From IMG/VR virus record IMGVR_UViG_3300042402_001868, positions 1-64,000 of that record: a stretch of DNA of 64,000 nucleotides. One strand, 5' to 3'. The DNA is from a virus. Each line of letters starts with the position of its first letter. The stretch's first letter is position 1. Below are positions 58,297 to 64,000 of this stretch, one piece after another. Under the pieces are notes generated by a model. It was not told the origin of the DNA. It did no database searches and worked only from the letters and a program-made list of their open reading frames with translations. Both the position numbers and the translations under genes were made by a program.

Positions 58297-59981
58297 CACT
58301 AGATGAACTAAAAAAACAATACGATGTTGTTGGCGTAATTGATTTATCAGCTTGGACTAACAACTACGAGAACAGTACTCAGTGGCTGCGCAAACAATGC
58401 GAAGCTGTGTACCAAGCGGCCTACGCAGAAAATCAACGCATTGTATTTGTACATTCACATGATTACTATATAAAGAACGCCCACTCGGCAGGAATCATTT
58501 TAAAGAACATACAAGTGGCATTAAATGAAACTGATATTTCAAATTACTTTGCTGTGGTTCTTAGTACAAATCCCAATATTGAACAAGAAGTAGCCTATAT
58601 CAATTCACAGAGCTCTGATCCTGTGCCTGTAAAATTTGAATACATGTTGGGAAAATTTTCTACAACAGAGTTGCCCCAGCATCCTTACAGTAGAAAAGAA
58701 CAGTATCAATATGGATCAGCTAACCCTATTAAAATCAGCTTGAACGAAGTCAGTAATCAAGACAAGTTTTTACTCAGCGAAAGCAAAAACTTCTGTATAT
58801 ACCCTTGGATTCACATGCACGCCTGGCCCACAGGCGAGGCATATCCTTGCTGCCATGCCACCCATTCACCTGTTTATGGCAACACACGCAAAGAAACTCT
58901 GTTAGATGTATGGAATGGCACACGCATGCGACAACTCAGACAAGACATGTTAAACAACACTGCCAATGAAACTTGCCGTAAGTGTCACGAGCAAGAAGAT
59001 TCAGGATTCTTTTCAGGGCGACAAAGTGCCAACAAGCATCACGGGCACCATATTGATCGTGTGCATAGAACCCAGCCCAATGGCACATTTGATGAGTTTG
59101 AAATGACTTACTGGGACATTCGTTTCAGTAATCTTTGCAATTTAAGTTGCCGCAGTTGTGGACATATTTTTAGCTCAAGCTGGTATCAAGACCAAGCCAA
59201 ATTAGCCGGCGGCGATTGGAAGCAAAAAAATCCTGTGCTTAATTATGCTGGACGTACTGAAACTGACATGTGGGAACAGTTGATTCCTCACCTGGACTAC
59301 GTAGAACAGATTTACTTTGCTGGCGGTGAGCCGTTATTAATGGAAGAACACTATCGCATCTTAGACGAGTTAGTAAAACGCAAAAGATTTGATGTACGAT
59401 TGATATATAACACAAACTTCACACATACTGATTTAAAAGGTAATAGTGTATTTGAATATTGGAAACAATTTGATAGTGTGGCAGTGGGCGCAAGTTTAGA
59501 TGCAAGTGGCGCACGTGGTGAATACATACGCAAAGGCACAGACTGGGCAGTGGTAGAACAAAACCGCAGAGACATGCTGGCAATTTGTCCAGGGGTAGAC
59601 TTTTATATTTCTCCCACACTCAGCATTATGAATGCTCTACACCTACCGGACTTTCACAGAGATTGGGTGGAAAAAGGACTGTTAAAACCACAGGATCTAA
59701 ATGTAAATATATTGCAGGATCCTGTGCAATATAGACTGGACATTGCCCCATTGGCCTACAAGCAACAGGTCAAACAAAAGTTTGAAGAACACCTGGAGTG
59801 GTTGCGGGTGCAAGATCCCTTGCACAGAGCCACAGTGGGCTTTGAGTCAGCAATCAACTACATGATGAGCACCGACAACACACACCTGATTCCTAAATTT
59901 TGGAGCACAACTGATCGATTAGATGAAATTAGACGAGAAAACATCTTGGACGTGATTCCAGAATTAACGGCATTAAAATGA
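58293..59981 (+). CDS. Radical SAM protein #3 with an N-terminal extra domain and a SPASM/twitch-like Cys domain
   Basis: ~160-aa N-terminal extension, CIYPW..PCC..CRKC, then CNLSCRSC and AGGEP. Confidence 0.9.
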   Translation: MTLDELKKQYDVVGVIDLSAWTNNYENSTQWLRKQCEAVYQAAYAENQRIVFVHSHDYYIKNAHSAGIILKNIQVALNETDISNYFAVVLSTNPNIEQEVAYINSQSSDPVPVKFEYMLGKFSTTELPQHPYSRKEQYQYGSANPIKISLNEVSNQDKFLLSESKNFCIYPWIHMHAWPTGEAYPCCHATHSPVYGNTRKETLLDVWNGTRMRQLRQDMLNNTANETCRKCHEQEDSGFFSGRQSANKHHGHHIDRVHRTQPNGTFDEFEMTYWDIRFSNLCNLSCRSCGHIFSSSWYQDQAKLAGGDWKQKNPVLNYAGRTETDMWEQLIPHLDYVEQIYFAGGEPLLMEEHYRILDELVKRKRFDVRLIYNTNFTHTDLKGNSVFEYWKQFDSVAVGASLDASGARGEYIRKGTDWAVVEQNRRDMLAICPGVDFYISPTLSIMNALHLPDFHRDWVEKGLLKPQDLNVNILQDPVQYRLDIAPLAYKQQVKQKFEEHLEWLRVQDPLHRATVGFESAINYMMSTDNTHLIPKFWSTTDRLDEIRRENILDVIPELTALK

Positions 59982-61192
59982 ACATACCACACGATAAATT
60001 TTGCGTTTTGCCTTGGGTCAGCTTAGAAGCCAGTCCCATTGGTACAGTACGCCCTTGTTGTTTAGCTGATGATGAAATAGTTGACAACACAGGCAACAAG
60101 TTTGAACTCAGCACAGCTAACTTTGGGGACATACAAAATAGCAATCACATGCGTGAATTGCGACAACAGTTTCTAGCAGGAGAAAAACCGCAAACATGCC
60201 GCAAGTGCTGGAATGAAGAACGTAGCAATCGCACCAGCAAACGCATGCACACACTTAACAGACTCAAACATGTGTTGCCTGAAGGTGAATGGACTGCTGA
60301 CGCTAAACCTCTAATGTTCCTGGATCTCAAGCTGGGCAATATCTGCAATTTAAAATGCCGCATTTGCGGATCCTGGTCCAGTTCTCAGTTTGCCACAGAA
60401 GAACTAAACCAATTGCGTGGCGAAGACAAAAAAGCCAGCTTTCATTATCAGATGTTAAAACAAGGTGCCTGGCCTAAAGAAAACCTATCATTCTGGGATC
60501 AAATTGATCATATGCTAACGGACATTCGTTACATTGAATTTACTGGTGGCGAACCATTCATGATTGAAGAACACTTTGACATGCTACAGGGCATTGTTGA
60601 CCGTGGTATTGCAAATCAAGTTGAAATACACTACAACACAAATGGTACACAATTCCCCGAAAAGGCTCCAGCTATTTGGAAACATTTTAAAACAGTAGAA
60701 ATAGCATTTTCAATTGATGACATAGGAGATCGCTTTGAATATCAACGCACTAATGCTGTGTGGGCGGATGTGGTGTTCAATATTGATCGTTTCCGTTTAC
60801 TCCGGGAAGACTATCCAAATATTCAACTACAGATCTGCACCACTGTGAACGTGTTTAATGTACGTTATCTAGGCGAAGTTGCTGCCTGGATAGAACGCAA
60901 CCGTAACGCATTTAACTTTGTGTACTGGAACATGATGCACGACGCCTGGTACTTCTCTATTGCCACCTTGCCAGACACAGCCAAAACAGCCATTACAGAA
61001 TACTTAGACTCAGTTGAAACCATTTACCGAGATGAATTTGATCGCATAAGAGACTTTATGAATCGTGGCGCTTCAACAGATGGTGGCATACTGCGTATGC
61101 GTGTGCGAGATCTAGATCGTAAACGTGAACAAGATTTATCAGTTGTAGAACCTGAATTTGCCGCACTGATTAACTACACCTATGCCACTTAA
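59978..61192 (+). CDS. Radical SAM protein #4 (N-terminal SPASM/twitch-like)
   Basis: CVLPW..PCC..CRKCW, then CNLKCRIC and TGGEP. Confidence 0.9.
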   Translation: MNIPHDKFCVLPWVSLEASPIGTVRPCCLADDEIVDNTGNKFELSTANFGDIQNSNHMRELRQQFLAGEKPQTCRKCWNEERSNRTSKRMHTLNRLKHVLPEGEWTADAKPLMFLDLKLGNICNLKCRICGSWSSSQFATEELNQLRGEDKKASFHYQMLKQGAWPKENLSFWDQIDHMLTDIRYIEFTGGEPFMIEEHFDMLQGIVDRGIANQVEIHYNTNGTQFPEKAPAIWKHFKTVEIAFSIDDIGDRFEYQRTNAVWADVVFNIDRFRLLREDYPNIQLQICTTVNVFNVRYLGEVAAWIERNRNAFNFVYWNMMHDAWYFSIATLPDTAKTAITEYLDSVETIYRDEFDRIRDFMNRGASTDGGILRMRVRDLDRKREQDLSVVEPEFAALINYTYAT

Positions 61193-62120
61193 ACTGCTGT
61201 TGCATAACAATGATCGTAATTCGTTTTCTCATGGACACATTCAGTCATTGTTGCGACAGTATTTTGACATTGTGATCTGGCAGCCAAATACCATGTACAG
61301 TCAAGATCATGTGTTGGTAGTAGATTCATTTAAACTACATCGTGTTGATCCTAATTATTGGTACATATCTTATCTCAGAGATGGATACAAAGTACTGGTA
61401 GATAATATGTGGGAAATACCAAATTTTATAAACACTCATTTCCCCAAGGATGACCCTGGTTACCACGTGATGCAAAACACCAATTGGTTTTGGTACAACG
61501 AATCCTTGATGTATACCCAACAAGGATTTGATCAATATCAGCCAAATAAAACATATGATCGCCTGGCTCTCATGCCCATGCGCATTGGTCGCGGTCACCG
61601 CCGTGATCTTGTGATTGAACTAAGTAGTGTTCTGGACAATTTAATCTGGAGTTTGAATTCACATGGCCGTCAATTGCCCGACGATTTACCACAAGACCAT
61701 CCAGACTATCAGAGACATTTCAATCCTACCTGGTATGACCGCACACATTTCAGCATAGTGGCAGAAAGTCAAATTAGCAATCCAGAAATGTTTGTTACAG
61801 AAAAAATATTCAAACCCATGGCATTTTATCATCCATTTGTTGTGATGGGACAATCGGGGATATTGAATTACCTGCACACACAAGGATTTGAAACATTTAA
61901 CAATCTATTTGATGAAAATTATGACACCATTGCAGACTATTACACTAGGTTATTGGCAGTAACAGATGCAGTTAAACGCTATGCTTGTGTGCCTTATGAT
62001 ACATTAACACAACAAAAACTCGCGCACAATCACAATCGTTTCTTTGATCAAACTTTAGTAAGTACAATGTTCGTCAGAGAAATTATTGACCCTATTAAAG
62101 AATATGTTGAATCATTATGA
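61182..62120 (+). CDS. Glycosyltransferase-like protein (third paralogue)
   Basis: IVAES..FVTEKIFKPM..HPF..GFETFNNLFDENYD. Confidence 0.55.
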   Translation: MPLKLLLHNNDRNSFSHGHIQSLLRQYFDIVIWQPNTMYSQDHVLVVDSFKLHRVDPNYWYISYLRDGYKVLVDNMWEIPNFINTHFPKDDPGYHVMQNTNWFWYNESLMYTQQGFDQYQPNKTYDRLALMPMRIGRGHRRDLVIELSSVLDNLIWSLNSHGRQLPDDLPQDHPDYQRHFNPTWYDRTHFSIVAESQISNPEMFVTEKIFKPMAFYHPFVVMGQSGILNYLHTQGFETFNNLFDENYDTIADYYTRLLAVTDAVKRYACVPYDTLTQQKLAHNHNRFFDQTLVSTMFVREIIDPIKEYVESL

Positions 62121-63337
62121 TAATACCAAGTGAAAATTTTTGCATTGTGCCCTGGTTTGGAATTGAAACCACACCTGTTGGCACAGTGAGACCGTGTTGT
62201 ATTGCCCGTGATGAAATTGTGGACGACAACGGTGTTGCATTTAATCTGCATTCAAGTACATTTGACCAGATTCTGAACAGTCAGTCCATGAAAGAACTAC
62301 GTCAACAATTCCTGGACAACAACCGTCCTGCGACGTGTAACAGTTGCTGGAATGTTGAAGTTGCTGGTCACAAGAGCAAGCGTTTACAAACCTTGGAATC
62401 TGACCTGGCAAAAAATCTTGACAACCAGTCTTATACTACAGATCCTATACCATTGAAATACATTGATCTTAAACTGGGCAACATCTGCAACTTAAAATGT
62501 CGTATATGTGGTGCATTTAGCAGTAGCCAGATAGCGTCGGAAAAGGTGGCAACATTGCCACCTGACCGTAAAAAACACAGCTACGAATACAAAATGTTAC
62601 GTGATGGGGCCTGGCCAAGAGAAAGCCCTGCGTTCTGGACCGAGTTAGAAAAAGTTCTGGGCCAAATCAAAAAGTTTGACATATCAGGCGGAGAACCGTT
62701 CTTGATCGAAGAGCACTTTGATATGTTACGCAACATGGTTGCTAAAGGATATTCGCATGACACAGAAATATATTACAACTCAAATGGCACAGTATATCCC
62801 GAGTCTGCAGAAGAAATTTGGAAAGATTTTCAGACTATTAAAATAGCTCTAAGCCTAGATGATATTGGATCCAGATATGAATATCAAAGATCCAACGGAA
62901 ATTGGGGGATGGTATTAACCAATTTGGAAAAGTTCAGACAACTGCGTTCAAGACACAGCAATATCATTCTAGAAGCATGTTGCACTGTGAGTGTTTATAC
63001 TGTGTTATATCTGGCAGAAATACTAGATTGGTTACATACGCAACAGCTAGATTATGTAAACATAAATTTTTTACATTATAATCCAGCATTGAGCGTTGCT
63101 AATTTGCCACAAGGGATCAAAGATCAAATAATACATCATTTAATCAGTGCGAACCAGACTGCAAATTATGAAGAAATCTCTGTTGTGATCGATTTCATGC
63201 GTCACGGAAACAGCAACAATGATCTATCAGCTACTCTGGAATTAATAACCCATTATGATCAACTAAGGTCAACTGATCTCAGAGATTCTTCTCCTGAGCT
63301 TGCAAAAATACTAAATTACCAGTATAATAAACAATGA
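62117..63337 (+). CDS. Radical SAM protein #5 (close paralogue of #4)
   Basis: CIVPW..PCC..CNSCW, then DLKLGNICNLKCRICG and SGGEP. Confidence 0.9.
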   Translation: MIIPSENFCIVPWFGIETTPVGTVRPCCIARDEIVDDNGVAFNLHSSTFDQILNSQSMKELRQQFLDNNRPATCNSCWNVEVAGHKSKRLQTLESDLAKNLDNQSYTTDPIPLKYIDLKLGNICNLKCRICGAFSSSQIASEKVATLPPDRKKHSYEYKMLRDGAWPRESPAFWTELEKVLGQIKKFDISGGEPFLIEEHFDMLRNMVAKGYSHDTEIYYNSNGTVYPESAEEIWKDFQTIKIALSLDDIGSRYEYQRSNGNWGMVLTNLEKFRQLRSRHSNIILEACCTVSVYTVLYLAEILDWLHTQQLDYVNINFLHYNPALSVANLPQGIKDQIIHHLISANQTANYEEISVVIDFMRHGNSNNDLSATLELITHYDQLRSTDLRDSSPELAKILNYQYNKQ

Positions 63338-64000
63338 GTGATTCTTTAAATAAACCCCTGTGTGTTTTGCCATTTATACATGGTCTAATGGAAACAACCG
63401 ATCAACTGTTGCCGTGTTGTGCGTATGACCACCGTTATGGCAAACAATATCAAGTACATGAGTTTGATACCTGGTGGGAGTCTGGACTGACCGAGATTAG
63501 ACAAGACATGCTGGCCGGGCGAAAACACGAAGGCTGCAATCGTTGTTGGAAAGAAGAAGAACAAGGAATATCAAGTTACCGCCAGCGTCAGAATGAACAC
63601 TGGGCTCAATATCAAAATATCCAACAGCCTCTACCCAAGCCTGTATTTTTAATGATGGGAATTGGAAACTATTGTAATATCAAGTGTATCATGTGCTCCC
63701 CACAAAAAAGTAGTTTATGGGCTGACGAATACGAAAAGAATCAAAAAACATTTAACAAAATTGACATACGCTTTAATAACTACAGCAACGGTGCCTGGAG
63801 TGAACCGGAAAAAATTGAACGTCTACTAGATCGTGTGGCCACCAATGTAGAGATGTTGCACTTCAGCGGTGGAGAACCACTAATTACTCCGGAGTACAAA
63901 CAAGTACTACGTTCAGTGATCAATCCCGGCAATGTAGAATTACATATCAATACCAATTTGACCATGCTTAGTGAAGACTGGATCACATTATTAAAACAGT
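63334..64000 (+). CDS. Radical SAM protein #6, truncated by the window edge (not in the ORF track)
   Basis: Manual translation: MSDSLNKPLCVLPFIH..PCCAY..GCNRCWKEE..GNYCNIKCIMCSP..HFSGGEP. ATGA overlap with the previous gene. Confidence 0.88.
   Translation, partial: MSDSLNKPLCVLPFIHGLMETTDQLLPCCAYDHRYGKQYQVHEFDTWWESGLTEIRQDMLAGRKHEGCNRCWKEEEQGISSYRQRQNEHWAQYQNIQQPLPKPVFLMMGIGNYCNIKCIMCSPQKSSLWADEYEKNQKTFNKIDIRFNNYSNGAWSEPEKIERLLDRVATNVEMLHFSGGEPLITPEYKQVLRSVINPGNVELHINTNLTMLSEDWITLLKQ

Noticed and set aside
1-64000. tRNA/rRNA genes and stop-codon reassignment
   Set aside because: No cloverleaf or T-loop signature in the few intergenic gaps; genes are intact under code 11

Overview
This is a 64-kb segment of a large, lytic, T4-like (contractile-tailed) dsDNA bacteriophage that uses the standard code. 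From left to right it contains: (i) a minus-strand head module (gp21-like prohead protease running off the left edge, acidic scaffold-like protein, gp20-like portal) preceded by a tape-measure-like gene; (ii) a divergent plus-strand operon with a gp26-like hub/chaperone that appears to be fused to the next ORF by a -1 frameshift, followed by DUF1415-like, ATE/Bpt-like aminoacyl-transferase, amidinotransferase, DUF6614-like and sulfotransferase-like genes; (iii) a ~410-bp structured non-coding region next to a GIY-YIG nuclease; (iv) gp46/gp47 (SbcC/SbcD) split by a four-gene nucleotide-sugar cassette, an SGNH-like gene and the gp55-like late sigma factor; (v) a ~31-kb baseplate/tail module including a 4949-aa protein; (vi) an operon of glycosyltransferase-like genes and at least six radical-SAM paralogues running off the right edge. 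The strongest candidates for undescribed biology are the multi-locus radical-SAM/glycosyl-/amidino-/aminoacyl-transferase modification machinery, the GIY-YIG-adjacent structured element, the programmed frameshift and apparently leaderless late transcripts. All calls come from motif recognition by eye; no database searches were run.
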